A stretch of 64,000 nt of DNA from Pavona decussata (GCA_977016875.1 CDRNST010000102.1:1364001-1428000), one strand, 5' to 3'; shown: positions 1 through 14,174, counted from the stretch's first letter. Notes: a model not told the origin generated them from the letters alone. Numbers and translations: made by a program.

Positions 1-3000
1 ATGCAACTGCCTAGTCAACGGCGTTACGGCAGTGCTTCCAGTGACACAGACTCCTGAGTAAACGAACAAGCTTGCAGACTACGGACGTGCTTTTTGACTA
101 GAACTCCACGCCGACCCACCACTCGGCAGTCATTGAACACACACCCGACGGCAGGGGGGACTCGGACATCCGCCTGCATCCAATTTTTAGGTTAAATCCT
201 TGTCATTTCATCTTCTGTCAGGGCTTGAAACAGAGATGTGTGTCTCGCCTTAAACACGTTACTATAATATCCGCTGCTGAGCTGAAACTAGTCATCGTCA
301 CGCCGTCATCTCTTTTCAGATCTTGGCAGAGTAAATGTTAGTTTTGCATACATGCTTGCCAAGTAGACATGTTAAGGTCCATTTCCACAACGCGCAAACA
401 AAGCAACAATTGACGTCCCTTGCGATTGACAGTGTGAAGTCTTAGCCCCTAATTTAGTTTGCCAAGCAAACAGGCTGCACAAATCAACGAATGGCTATGG
501 TGTGGCTTTCCTTCGCAATACTTAATGTGGAGGCATTTCGTGATTAGTGAAATCAGACTTGCTAAAAGGGGCTGTCATGTCCAGGCTGACGTTTCCTCTA
601 TTCATGGAAAAATAATTTTTCCTCGTCGCCAGACACCGCAATGATTTGCAATTTCCTCCAAATGTTTGTGTAAGCTGAGGTGCCTGTTCCACGAAGTTTA
701 AACGCCCAACTGTACGAACCCGGAATTTCCATTGCATTTCATCAACTGACCTTAATTGTCATTGGTTGCCATAGCAACTGCCTTCAATCCACTATCAGGT
801 TTTGTCTGACCTGTGTCGTTCTTTTAGTCGAGTCGAAATTATCGCTTTGTGTTTCAAGCAGAACAGTTCCTGCTTTTCGGCTTAAAACAGTTAGTCGATA
901 GTTGATAGCTTCTTGTGTAGGTAATGACCGTTCAATAAAAATAACGTCGCCGGACCACATTCGAATAAGTGTGAATAAAATTGAATTGAATTGAATTGAA
1001 TTGATGATAATTTATATCAGACACAAGAAAAGTCGTTTTATTCATATAATGTGTAATATTTAGAATAACATGAAAAAGATACAAACAAAATTTCTGGTCC
1101 CTTTTGTAGTCTTCATGTCAATATATAACGTCTCGCGTGCAGGCAAAAGGCATCGTTCCACAGGCTTAAGTGGCCACTAAATCGTTATTTTTTTTTTCTT
1201 CCGGTTATACCATTACCTCTACCGTTTTTCATTACTTTGCAAAGAACGATTCTCATTGCAATTGCTTGAGCTTTGCCGCTTCTGAGGAAGGCTGTTCTAA
1301 GGGAGTAATTTTAAAAGTAAATTACACGATGAGGTAGAGGTAATTTCAGTTTGTTGTCATCATTTATTCCGTGCATAATTAGCGGCTGACCTGAAGTATA
1401 TGGTGGTGTAAAATTCCGCTTAGATCAGTACGTGACTCTCATGCACGCTGTATCGTCATAAATCATTATACAATCATCCTGTGACGTACAGAATCCTCAA
1501 ATGCAGCACGTAGCACTTATCTGCGTTGTGTACGTGTTTAGCTTCCAAGGCAGACAGTCTTTGCAAAGACAGACAAGTCAATCGTTAGTGATGAAGCCGG
1601 ATGATGGCACTGATCAATGAAGCTGCATGATAATTAAACTTCAATTTTATTCCTATAACGTCAGGAGAGAATAGGCACCGCTAAGAGCCGAGAGATTTCC
1701 ATGAAGCCAAGTAAGCCTTGAAGTAATGAAATTAGCCCGTCTCTTGAATCACGACTACGCATTGTGAAATTACTTGGTGAATGCAAATTAAAATAATGGC
1801 TGAAACCACCTGATTTAAAATATCAGTCAAAATATCAGATGGTACTGTCAAGCAAACAGTTTTCTGCAAAGTTTCGGTCACAAAATGTACAAACATTTGA
1901 CAATAGTTGAAAGGAAAAAACGACTTTTAATTTCCAGTTAGCTAGGCGGAAGGAATATTCAGCTCCAACCGATGTGTAATGGTGCAAATCAAATTGTTTT
2001 TTTCTTTTTTTTTTTTTGTAAATCCTTTGTTCTGTCACTGAAAGGTTTTTGCTAGATGATACAGCCCCAGTTTCTTTTATATTTGCACCATTAATTTGTT
2101 TTAGGATATTCGAAATTAAGCCCTGTAGAAACTGAAGTTTCGGAGCCTTTCCAAACGATTAATGATATGCCAAAAAGGTAAAATTTCATTAGTATTTTAG
2201 ATATACATTCATATCTGTTGAGCTATTATTGAAAGATAACGATTTAGATGCCATGAAAACTCCAATTTTATAGCGGTTCTTTTTGATATTAAGGATTGGT
2301 GAATGGAAATATCAATATTTAGTGTTATTGCATGGAGCATAAGTGGCATAGTTATTTCCCCGGCGTATTGGTCAATATTGTTTGCGCATTTTTAAATTCT
2401 GATATCTTCACGTATATGGCGAGGCTTGGAGCACGTAAACTATCACGTTCTTCTTAACTCTTTACCAAAGGCGCGGCAATAACTGAAAAAGGAATGTTTT
2501 CGCTGGAAGATGGCGTTAAATAGATCGATGCCCGTCCAAAATGGTCAAGAAAAAGGTATATTCTCCGTTGTCGAAACGTTCATAGGTCGTTGCAAGCGTT
2601 CTGCTTGAGAAGTCACTTGGAACTGAATCATTGCATATTCATGAACAACTTTAAATTAAACATTTTAAGTACACAGAGACCGGTCGTATGCAAATCGTCA
2701 CTTTTTATATACTCACAGTAAAATCACGAAACGAAGTATACGTTATTTTTCCTTGGAATGAGTGCTCTCTTGGAAGGTTAACAAACTTCGATATTTCTTT
2801 CCAAAACTATTTCGATGGGCCTCATTTACGTAGAATTTGCGTCATTATTACGTCAGATTGATGTTAACCACAGTGCTTCTCCTAAAGTTTAATGCAAGGA
2901 CGTGCAGGACTTGTTCGATAACTAAAGAATTAAAACCCCATACAGAAACTAGCTAGTATTTATACCTTCTCGCCAGCTACCAGAGTCGACGAAGGTCAAT

Positions 3001-6000
3001 GATACGCCCATGTACAAGCCCGATACAGCCTTTCATTTAAATGAAAGCTATTCGGAAGTACTTTTCAGTTGCAAAGTAAGATTAATATTGTTCGTCAATA
3101 ATTTATTAAATAAAATACAAGTTCCTTTTACCGTATAACTGAACTTGGCTAGTCTTGGTTTATTGAACAAAATTTTGTACAATGACAGAGCGGAAATGAT
3201 ACGTCGGTTCGGCCCCAATATTGACCAAAAGCAATCGAGTCACCCATATTCTTGATATAAAATTCTGATTAAATTAAAATTTGAAATAATTATTGATGAT
3301 AACATTGAACATGAAAAAGTAAAATAAATAGCAGAAATAAAACTTCGAAAAGTTATTTGCGAACAGTGGGAGCACTTGACTTTTTTTATATTGGAATATT
3401 TAAATTATCAAGTGACGTAGTCGATCTCTCCAAGTACTGAGTTTCCACCCGCTTCAAGTCGGTGATACGACCTCTGAATGAAAGCTACTGAGTGCTATTT
3501 TTAATGACCTAGTTTTTCCATATCTAATTTCTAGCTTTCTTACAGCAGTTTTCTTCTCTCTAAAGGGCGGCAAAACGGCCAAAGAAAACTAACACAAGTG
3601 CTTTATTTTTACGTCCCGGCAGCCTCAACTGGTTATTCAGGAAAATACCCGGCCTTCCATTGATAGATGTTGAACTTAAGGCTATTTGTTTTTTGGACTT
3701 CCAATTTATGCATTCTTATTCGCCGTGTATTTGTTTTTCGTACAGCCTAGCAGAATAGCCCACGCAAAACAGCAGTTGTGTGACCTAACACAAAAGACCA
3801 GCAATGTAGGTGTACAAGCTCAGACGATTTTGTGGAATTGCAATTACAAGACAATTACGCCAAAATTAGTTCAATTAATTACCGACCACAATGACCTTAC
3901 AGTCTAAGTAGCTGCAGGGCAGAAAAAAGTTCCTGTTTCATGCGATGTTTGTCTCAAACAGCGAACAACATTATTATCATAATAAAGATACCCAGATGAG
4001 AGATAAAGCAGTTTAAAGGGCCTTTAAAATGTTTCTATGCAACCATTGCCGTGTTGCGTAATAGATTTCTCTTTGAACTCGCCCGCGATGACAACACTAT
4101 TCGAAGTAAACTTTGCAGTGTTTCATGTCTCATTTGCTCTTTCTTGGGGTTATGTTGGAACAAGTTTCACAAAACATTAAATGATGCGAATTTTGACTAA
4201 AAGATAACGAAAAAAATCATCCTTTCCGTGCACGGTTGCGAAGCAACGTTTTTATCATTCCGATGCTCTCTTTCCAAATTGGATTAAGATGCAAACTGCG
4301 AAAGGTATTTTCACACTTCCAGACTTTTTATCTTCTCAGCAAGAAGAAAAAAAAGCAAATCGAGTATTTGCAGCGGAGGTTCTGGTTTCACAAGCTCAGG
4401 TTGTTTAAATGTACATGACAACTCAACTCTTGCTACATTGTTCACTTAGGAGCTAATTGTTAGCAACAAACAAAAGGGAGCAAAAAATTTCCGCTTTGTA
4501 CACAAAAGGTGTTTTGAACATACTTATCGAGCACAAGTGGCACAATACTGTCATTTGCCCAAGGCAAAGAGAAAGTTCCGCTTTACCACTGTTATTTAAA
4601 TATACCACTGTGTTGATAAATATCTTTGATACAGTGGATGATGTTAACGTGATTATGCCCTAACGTTTAAAAAGGTTGAAACGAAGCATATTTTAATTCA
4701 TATTTTTTCCTTTTCTCTTTCGTAGTTTTCGTCGATACGTCTTGCTAACTACTTACATGCATTACTGTATAATGTAGTTCAGTTGGAGAACATGAGCGCA
4801 TGCGTGCCCTAACGAGCGTAACTTGGCGATCAAAAACAATAAGGCAAACTTTCAATACTCGGGCACATGAATTAATAAAAGAAAACAAAAATTCGTTGGT
4901 TAAATACAGAAACAGCAAACATCATCGGAAAGCCGGTGATTCCACATAACTATCACTTGGAATTGTACATCTTTGACATTCTTTTCCTTTGCTCAGAACT
5001 GCAAACGTGAATCCGCGCCGGCAATACCCGGCTCGGGATGATTATGTCCGAAAATGTTGGTTTCTTTTTCTCATAAATAATACTGAGTCAGGCAAGCTAG
5101 TATGTTGTGTCAATTTGGGGTGGCATTGAAAATGTTAAGCCTGTTTCTATTTCGTTTTGATTTGGCAGTATAGTCAACTAGAGGATTGCAACGATATTTT
5201 AACTTAATCATGTACATAAATTTACAACATTTTTAAATTTTGCCTTAATCAAGTGTCTCAATTAGTAGAAGGATTCTTTCGCTCTGCTAAAGTTTTACTT
5301 TGACACAGGATTAAAGTTATTACTAATTGCTTACTTACTGCGATTTTTGCAAATAAATTACCGAAAGCAAAGCTAAACAGAACTTTCTTTTAAGCATTTA
5401 GGGCCTTCAAATGGAAAATTGCGGGATAGATAAATCAGCAGGGATGATGACGACGATGAGCATACGAAAAACGATGTACAAAGGATAAAAAGTTCAACAT
5501 TTAAAGCTAATTTCTGCTAAACTAATGACCGTAACGAGTACCTTAACGGTAGGTATTCATGCACTGTTAGAAAAAATTCTCATTTTAAACTAAGGTGGTA
5601 GTCTTGCATTTAAGGTCGAATGTGGTTGGTAATATACGTATTTGTCATAGCGTATTTTCTGTCTATATCATTGCATTTCTCTCTCTCGTTTATATAGCTC
5701 CGTATCCAAGGGAGACGACTTTACAAACCTATTGATCAAAAATTCGCTTAGCCACCCACCCACAAGTTCTGCATTAGACTTCAATTAAAATGCCCCAAGG
5801 AGGAGAGGGAGGGTGAAAAGACAAATCCCTCCATAAGGAACAACCTTGCTGCATGAGAGCTTGAGAAAAAGCAGCTATCTTACCTTAATGTTCCTTTTGG
5901 AAAGAACTGGTCATTCAGTTCAATAGATCCATGCAGATAAAGTTTTATGTCAATTACCGTACATTTGCTCATATATTGCCCATCATTTGAAGCAGAAAGG

Positions 6001-9000
6001 CTTCATTCCACAGATAGAAAAATGCTTGTGAGCTCTCTATCGCTGTCATTTGATTTCGCAGCAAATATGATGCCAGTTTTGCTCCTGTGATATACCCTTG
6101 CTTCACTTATCACATGTCAGGCTCTTCAAAAATGTTCTTTTCACCATATTGTCGTCACCATTGCTCGCTTGCGGTCCTTAAAGATTTTTGTGGTGCACAC
6201 TGGCCCATGCTTGAGTTGTAACAAAAAAGTAGATATTGAAATAAAGTCAGATTCCAAAAGGCTTGGTTATAAACGCTGCTTGATATTCAATCATGCAACC
6301 CATAAAATGATGGCGAAATGTGTGACAGCACCTGCTTAAGGCAAATGGGCGAAAGAGATGTTGTTAATGTACCTGTTTCTGTCTTAATGACCTGCGCTTA
6401 GTACGCCGAGGTTTTTAAACCTGCCCACTGTTTGGTGGTTAATTACGCTATTGGGATTTATTGTATTACTTGAGATGTTTATTTTCCTTTTTTCATTGTT
6501 AGTATTTTCCGCGTTCGTCAAGAAAACGGGAAAAAACAGCGAGGCAATTTCGTCATCGTTAAAATTCTGAGATTTTTTCCGCATTCAAGATTACAAAACG
6601 ACAGATTGGCCAATGAAAACGCTTCGTTTGTTGCCGCACTTGTCTTTGACAAATTGGAAACATAAAATAAAATGTAAAACTAGTATGGAAGACTAAGCCA
6701 GACCTTGGTCAAATGCCTTTCCTAAATTTCTTTATTTCATTTTAAATTTTCATCAAGTATGTATCTTGTAGCTTTAACAGAAATGGCCATTCCACTTTTA
6801 GGAATGGTTATGCTGTGCCGGTATTGTATTCTAACTTGACCCTTACTTTAACCTTAACTGTTTCTCCCTTACAGTATACATATCCTGACTAAAGCTCAAT
6901 TGCAATTTTTCCATTGAAAACTGACGCAGTCCTCCGGTTTTACTGCTTCAGTTGATGAAGACGTTTAAAATTAGTTTATAAGTCATTAGATTTCACCACA
7001 AGACCCATGACTGACTTTGCCTGTACCTTGTAAGTTGAATTGAAATGAAATGACCCAGCATTATTAATTATCATGAGTGCAGTAGTAAGAACTCGTACAA
7101 TCCTACAGCAGAGTTCCAGCCTTAAGCCCCATGATCAATATGCATCTTCTCTTCACTATTCTCTGCATATTTCTTATGGTATTTGTTGGGAGAATTCGTT
7201 TAAAATCAAGGCATTTTTTCTCTACTGATTAGGTCCTTTATTCTCATGACCTGAATGGTTAATAGGCAATAATATTGTACGGAGAAATTAGGTGTTGGTC
7301 GCTATTTTGGCTTAACGGGTAAAATTTTCTTCATTGCTACATGTTTCTGTTATTCCTCCTGAGAAAATCTAGTTTTTTAATCAAACCTAATTTCTCCATC
7401 TTCTAAGATTGTTAATTTTCATGACGTGCTTTTACTTGAAGGGTTTAAGAAGTACAAAGAATCTAGCATTTAATCTCGGGGAAAGTTTGAAGGGATAGAA
7501 GGTGGGAACATGCGAGTCAGATTAGATATTGAAGCTTTACTTTTGGTGAACGGAAAATTCATTAATAGGAGAGTTTTAAAATGTAAAGATGGAACATTGA
7601 AATCTTGTTGCTCTGTGTTATAGTTGAGCTCATGTGCAGCGAGTGAGGTGAAATGCTGTCAATGGGTCGTGGTCGTAAAAAAAGATGCTTAATTCATAAT
7701 CTTCAAGAAAAAAAATGCCAGCATCTTTGAATGTTGTCTTATTTCCTTCAAACTCTTGACTGTTCCTAGCAACAACGTTTAGTCAAATACATTTGACTAA
7801 ACTAATCTATGTCATGCATCGTTGAATTACACTGGTGATGAATAAATGTCTGCTACATTGTGTAGTATTTTTTTAATCTTTTTAAGTGCAGGCAGTCGCT
7901 CTCTGGCTTTACTTATACCATACAAACGCTCTTTCGTTTTAGTTCCAGTAAAGTCTGTTTAGTTGCTAATGATATGTTCCGGGATTGTAAGACTAACAAT
8001 GAAGACGGAGTTAAGTCTATCGTGAATAAAGTATACTTCTTTGACCCGTTCTCACCTAGTCATACCTCGAATTGTTTTATATAATATCCCCAAGTGTGAC
8101 TTATCGAGTGGAAGCTACCGAGCAGTGCTATCAAGTTAAGCGTAGTCTTCAGTTTTTACTGATTTTCTACAAAATGCATGAGTTTAGAGAACTTGTCTCT
8201 GTTTTATCCTTTAGATCTTTAGATAGTGGAAACGTTACGGACTGTTGCGTTCATCGACTTAAACTGAATAGTGACTTGAATAGCACTTCCTATTTATTAT
8301 CCCAGAACGGTCTTATAACGACATTTTGTGCGAAGTTGTAGTCTCAAGTTTCAGTCCCGTACATGTTAACATTTAAAAGGACATTTTCCAGAATTCTTTT
8401 TGCACAGTGTAAAGGAATTATGCGTGGGAAGGTTATTAAAAATAGGTAATTAGAAATTAAACAATACCAACCAAACATCTAATGCAATTTATTTTTGAAC
8501 ATTCTTATAACGTCAAAGATGTTTTGTTTGATCAATCAGAATGAACAAGGATAAGTTTTAATAACGTAGCAAAGGAAAGTATTTTGGTGAACACGAAAAA
8601 TGGCAGGTGAAAATCTTGATCCAAAATATTACCATACATGGCTATTTCAAAGATTTTTCAATGGGTGAAAGAAAATATAGTAAAAGTACACTTTTTGAAA
8701 GACAAAGCAAGTGACTAATTTAAATGGTCACAGTTGAAAGAAGAATAATTGGATTTGAACGTCACACTCTACAAAAAGCTCCAAATTTCATTAGGCCAAC
8801 TGGATGGTTCTTCTGGATTACAAAACTTGGACTTTTCCTTTACAGAATCGTCTTTTCAAATGAATCCATTGTCGTGCACTTCATTTTGCGTGCTGTGTCC
8901 CATCACTCTTGACCCCTGCCGGTTCCCTTTGAAGTGAGTTTTTTGGCCTCGTTCTTTGTTGTGTCTTTTGTTTAGTCTTTAAACCCATTTTCATATTCTG

Positions 9001-9879
9001 TTCTGCATGGTATCCTAACGAGAAAGTGCTTTTTAAGAGCTTGAGTGCGTTAGACTTGAACACCTGATTAAACTGCTTTGAATGCTTTTGTTTCGTAACG
9101 ACAGGCTTTCGGTTCTGAAATCTCAAATAAGTGCTTTTTTTTGGTTTTATTTCACCTTTTGTATCACCCACTCCTCCTCCTGCTCATTCCAAACCGGCTA
9201 GGCACCGTTACGTTATGTTAGAAATCAATCAAAAAAGCAATAACGTGTTGTTATTTTGGCTACGAAAACCCTGTTCTTAATTAAGCAATTTTATACCATA
9301 TGCAAGACTACTCTTGTTCATCTAGTCATACCTTCAAAGCCATTAGCTTGGAAAAGCACCTTTTGGTTTTGATATTACACTTTCATTCAATTTTTCGTCC
9401 GAAAAAGAAGTCATGAAAAGTATTATGATTGCGTGTTTTGTGACAACGAAAACGCCATATTGCATGAAACGTAGAGGTTTGATTAAAGAGTATTTTTCTA
9501 GACAAAAAATCAGCGCGGGGTGTCGAAGATAACTTGGTCTCTATTTAAAGTTTCAAAGGTTTGTTGAAAACAGGAAAATGTGTTGGAATTCTATTGTCTT
9601 TGAAAGCGGAAATTTTTTGAGCCCTGGAGGTTTTTTTTCAAGACAAAAACAATGGACGGATCTTGTTTTGCTCAAAAGTGATAAATATGCATTTTGCTAT
9701 ATTTGTTCTTTTAGTAAAAACGTGATGTTTTGCAGGAATAAGGCACATTCATCCTTTGTTGCCTCTGTTATCTACAAACTAAAACCAAAGCTTTTATCGA
9801 AGCTAAATATCTCACAAGAAGTTTTGTTGGCCTTTAAGAAACAAACTGTATCATTCCATGTCCTCTTCCAATTATATGT

Positions 9880-10320
9880 TGGACAATAATGGATGACTAG
9901 GAATTTCAATACAAGTGCGCAACTTTTCATCAACAACTTTTAAATAGCCAGGCCCGGGGAGAAATTAGCATATAGCGGGGTTTAATTTGGGCAATTAAGT
10001 GTTGGAATTTAGTCATCTGAAAGTCATGAAAGTTTATTTCCACGACTGGAAAGCCTCATTCGACTGATAAGCGCTATAATTTGGGAAAAGTGATTCTTCG
10101 GTATAGTTGTCTTGAGAAGAGTTCATTTTGTAGTCATTTATTTTCCAAGGGGTGCAAAACAATACAATAAAGAAAAGTTCTGATGAGGAATTTGTGCAAT
10201 GGGATTGCCGAAATAAAGAATAACCACAAAGGCTTCCTCGAGGTGTACAAGTTTTCTAGCGCACGTTTTAAAGCAAACTTTGTCAAGTGTTGCAAATATT
10301 GCGGTTTATGAGTTATTATT
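9880..10320 (+). mobile_element. Penelope-like pseudo-LTR remnant carrying a hammerhead-like core
   Basis: Contains CTGATGA...GAAA with a closing stem; the context resembles PLE terminal repeats as I recall them. Boundaries approximate. Confidence 0.35.
10172..10225 (+). ncRNA. Minimal hammerhead ribozyme-like motif
   Basis: CTGATGA at 10180-10186, imperfect stem II (GGAATTT/GGGATTGCC), GAAA at 10210-10213. Stems I and III are weak. Confidence 0.4.
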
Positions 10321-11017
10321 GCACACGCGTGTAATTCATTTCTGCAGGTTAATCATTCCTGCAATAAATTAACACTCACTAATTATTTTGATTATCAGAG
10401 TAAATTAATGTCGTCACGCAATCCACCTTTGTGCAGATTACTCACTGGGTGGCATTCTTATTCTAACAATATAAGTCCCATTTCAGATCCCATACACTCC
10501 TCGCATTCCCCTATTTTCCCATGTGTTTGCCGGGGAATTCAACTACTGAGGTCTTAAGAGCGAAGCTCTAGCAAGAGCGCACAACTTCCAAAGGGGTGGG
10601 GTGGGGAGGGGAGGGGAGGGGAGGCGGTGACGACTCCTCTGCTCAGCCGTTCTCAGCATTCTATTTTCCCTAGATTTCATTGGGTGTGTCATTCAAGATG
10701 GCAGCTCCCCGACCTCAGCGATAAAACTCTACCAACAGAAGGGACCTTAAGCAACGAGGACAAAGACGCTAACGAAAACATAACCTAAAAATTAAATTCG
10801 CTTTCTCTGAACTAACTTGCGATAATTCCAATTACCGGTAATTCAATTTGTGTAATGCTGCCGAACTATACAAGAGCTTAATTCGTAGGGTGCGGCTTTC
10901 AAGTTCAGAAAGGGAAGGAACATCATGTGTTCACGTTCTCTATCAAACCTTGAAAAGGTGCTCATTTCACGTTGTCGTTTTGAAGTAGACGGCAAAGAAA
11001 TGTGCTACAGTGTATAG

Positions 11018-11620
11018 TAATCTATTTCGCACTCTCCATCACGCCTTAGGATTCAGATTGGGGGACAGCTGTCGCAACATGATGCTCACCACAAACTAGG
11101 GGTGCGCTAATCAAACGAACCCCAGAATACCCCTAAACTCAAAGTAAAACACCCAAAACTCGAGTGGCAGGTAAGGGGAAGATAAATTAACTCATAGAAC
11201 ATAAAGAAGAAAAAGGCCTCGACCACGGTGGGGAGGAATGGGAAAAGCCAAAACAAAGTTCTTAAGGGAATTAAAATCTGCGTAACACGAAGATAAGGAG
11301 ACAGCGTCTTATTCTTGGGATACGAGGATCTTGCGCAAGCTTTAGGTAATATATAGCCATTGAATTAGTCTCCCCGGCGACAAATCGAAGAGAAGTCTGC
11401 AAGAGCGTCTCCTTTAAAGACAACCGAGACGCAATTTTCTGAGATATGGCCACTACCTGGCATCTCCCGGGCTTAAGCGGGGAGAGAACATCCTGAACTT
11501 TAAACCCATGACACTGAATTAGGGGAAATGGTAGTAGGATAAAAATCTACTATTTCCCATAGATGAAAAGCTAAATTCTGATAAAAAGCAGCTGAAAAAA
11601 TAAAAGAGGAATTAAACTAA
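11018..11620 (-). mobile_element. Degenerate element, possibly a tyrosine-recombinase retroelement (DIRS/Ngaro-like) end fragment
   Basis: GC-richer block abutting a minisatellite; weak resemblance to YR-element termini, from recall only. Confidence 0.25.
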
Positions 11621-12035
11621 GTGAATTAAACCTCGCATCTGCAAAGCCCCGATAGCAAGAGCAGCATGCTAAGGGAATTAAATCTCACATTTGCAAAGCC
11701 CCGATAGCAAGAGCAGCATGCTAAACAAATTAAACATCGCATCTGCAAAGCCCCGATAGCAAGAGCAGCGTGCCAAGGGAATTAAATCTCACATTTGCAA
11801 AGCCCCGATGGCAAGAGCAGCATGCTAAGTGAAAAAAATCTCGCATCTGCAAAGCCTCGACGACAAGAGCAGAATACTAAGTGAAAAAATCTCGCATCTG
11901 CAAAGCCTCGACGGCAAGAGCAGAATGCTAAGCGAATTAAACTTTGAATCTGCAAAGCCCCAATGGCAAGAGCAGCATGCTAGGTGGAATAAAACTTGCA
12001 TCTGCAACGCCCCGACGGCAAGAGCAGCATGCAAA
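11620..12035. repeat. Minisatellite, ~52-bp unit x ~8
   Basis: Repeating CTCGCATCTGCAAAGCCCCGATAGCAAGAGCAGCATGCTAAGGGAATTAAAT and variants. Confidence 0.9.
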
Positions 12036-12064
12036 GCATATTGTACCACTCTCCTGTTGTGTTT

Positions 12065-12600
12065 CTAGATCGTCAACATCCACGCTTCAGAAATTTCAAT
12101 TCCGCTGTCCCTGTTGATGTTATTAGGGTGAAGTCTTATGTGGATAGCTCCCTTGACCCTACGGGTGTACCAGTGAGAGTCTCGATCAGTAAACGTTACC
12201 TCGTTCCAAAGCGGATAATGGCCGGACTCGTGGGCCTGCTCAGAAAAGGCGGAGGTCTGGGTACAGGCTAGTCGTATATCCTGGTCGTGCTCTTTGATTC
12301 TCTCATGCATAGATCTCCCTGTTTCCCCGATGTAGACTTTACCGCATTCACAGGGAATCCTGTAAACAACGCCATCTTGTTTAGCCGGATTGACGGTGTC
12401 CTTAGATCGCACCAAATGTGACCTAAGTGTCGTTTCGGATTTGAAGACGGTGCGAATGCCTTGTTGTTCCAGGCAGCGGCGAAGAGGCTGCGATACTCTC
12501 TATACGGGTAAAATGGCGGTGGATTTGAACTCTGCCACGGGCTCTTTCCTGCGGGCTGTTCTTGCCTTCTGCGTAAAGGACTCGCCCGTAGGGTCAAGGA
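12065..12600 (-). mobile_element. Penelope-like element fragment (end of RT region + GIY-YIG endonuclease), frameshifted
   Basis: ORF 12065-12415 reads GVVYRIPCECGKVYIGETGR..RIKEH..NINRDSG, a typical PLE GIY-YIG domain. Confidence 0.85.
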
Positions 12601-13030
12601 AGCTGGGAAAAGCTCATAAAGTTTTCATTCGTTTAACTGCATGATGTCTCATCAACGAAGGCCATAGGGTATTGGTTGGCTCATATAGTTACCAAACGTA
12701 TGGACCCTGTTGGCCGTTTTCAAGTCATTTTCTCTGTTATCTGAAAGTTTGGTATCCAGATTGAATTTCAGTTTAATGTGTAGAAAAATCCTGAAGTGTC
12801 GAGCCATATTCTGGACGATGAGTAGAACTAAGGCCACCAACACTGACTTATATTATTGCTTATTTCCTCAACAAAGTCTTGAAAACAGATGCGGCTGTTG
12901 TTGCTGTCGGCTCAATCAATTAAAAAAATTATTTCGCCAGAGGACGTTATGACGTTCCTCATTATCTACTTTAAATGATTCAAATCGGGACTGTTTACCA
13001 ACTGTCAGAAATATCGGTATAAAGAAATTA

Positions 13031-13207
13031 ATATGAAATAAATGTGATGGTATATTTCCAGCTTGGTGAATAAATGAGAATGATGTATTATTCTAGAAAG
13101 TGACACAGGCATACTCTTTTTCCGAGTGTCTGTGTCACTTTCTAGAATAATACATCGTTCTCATTCATTCACCAGGCTGGAAATATACCATTACATTTAT
13201 TTCATAT
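13031..13207. repeat. Near-perfect palindrome (~84-bp arms, ~7-nt loop) made of a SINE-like body
   Basis: ATATGAAATAAATGTGATGGTATATTTCCAG... is the near reverse complement of ...CTGGAAATATACCATTACATTTATTTCATAT. Confidence 0.9.
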
Positions 13208-13290
13208 ACCACACGTTCGACATTCAAATCCTAGCAGTATGCAAGATGTTTGTCCCATGAACCTAGTTTAATGGCCCACGCTCCCTCGAG

Positions 13291-13426
13291 TCTCCTGTGG
13301 AACAGTGGTAGAGCATCTGAACTAGTAATCGGAAGGTCTTAAGTTCGACTCCTGATAGGAGCACTCGGATTTCTTTTTTCTGAGTATGCCTGTGTCACTT
13401 TCTACAATAAAAAAACATCATTCTCC
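13291..13426 (+). mobile_element. tRNA-derived SINE-like element
   Basis: A-box-like CAGTGGTAGAGCA and B-box GTTCGACTCC, followed by a body (GAGTATGCCTGTGTCACTTTCTA) also found in the adjacent palindrome. Confidence 0.7.
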
Positions 13427-14174
13427 AAAAAAATAATGCTTTGGCTTGTCGTATTCTACCTCGTACCCAACATTTTCTTGATGGTAATATATTTTATAAT
13501 TCTGGAAGGATTGGAAGTGAGGCAAAGGGTTGAAATACCTGACTCTCGAGTGATGTTGCCAACTGTGGCACAGGGGCGTAGTTGCATAGAAACGAGACTC
13601 AAACCCACCGACTGAGCTATCAAGCTAACCGGTACACTTGCCCACAAGTCACGCCTGTGGAATTTATTCCAAATTCTCAGAAAAGAGTAGCGAAGTCTTG
13701 TGAACCGAGAGCTGCGGGTCGAACATGAATTCGCATTATAGAAAATGGTTTTCCCACCATGCATGTCATCTTTACGCCAGTGTCATCCAAGTCAATTAAA
13801 CCTAAAGAAATGAATTATAACGAACAAAATGGAACAATTTAAAGAAACCTGCAAATTTGTAACAAAATGTCTGTAAACAGATTTAAGAAGGCTCTTAATT
13901 TACTTTATAGTTATTAGTGTTGAAATAGCGCTATGATGTCCACGTTTATATGGACTTTGCTTTTGTGGATTGACTGCATAGAAGTAGAAGTATGTTTGAA
14001 CTCAGTGCGGATGACCCACGCAGTCTTATTAGCAATTTGTCAGTTCATAACAAAAAAAATGAGTGCGAAAACAACAGTAAGAGTTTCAACACTGTTTTCT
14101 CACATCTTTTATTACCCACTTTTTAAATGTTATTAATACAGGACAACGATATTGTGGCCACCGTATTCGATTAA

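Noticed and set aside
1-340. GC-richer start of the window; possible end of a plus-strand CDS (..SASSDTDS*) or a short minus-strand ORF
   Set aside because: Too short, no recognisable motif, and the frame cannot be determined.
8881-9171. 96-aa Lys-rich minus-strand ORF with an acceptor-like TTTCAG
   Set aside because: No domain or partner exons found; could be chance.
11620-12035. Regular repeats suggesting a CRISPR array (also 29083-29705, 41695-42265)
   Set aside because: Units are contiguous with no unique spacers, there are no cas genes, and the context is eukaryotic.
13291-13362. Functional tRNA gene
   Set aside because: The cloverleaf pairs poorly and it is fused to a repeated SINE-like body.
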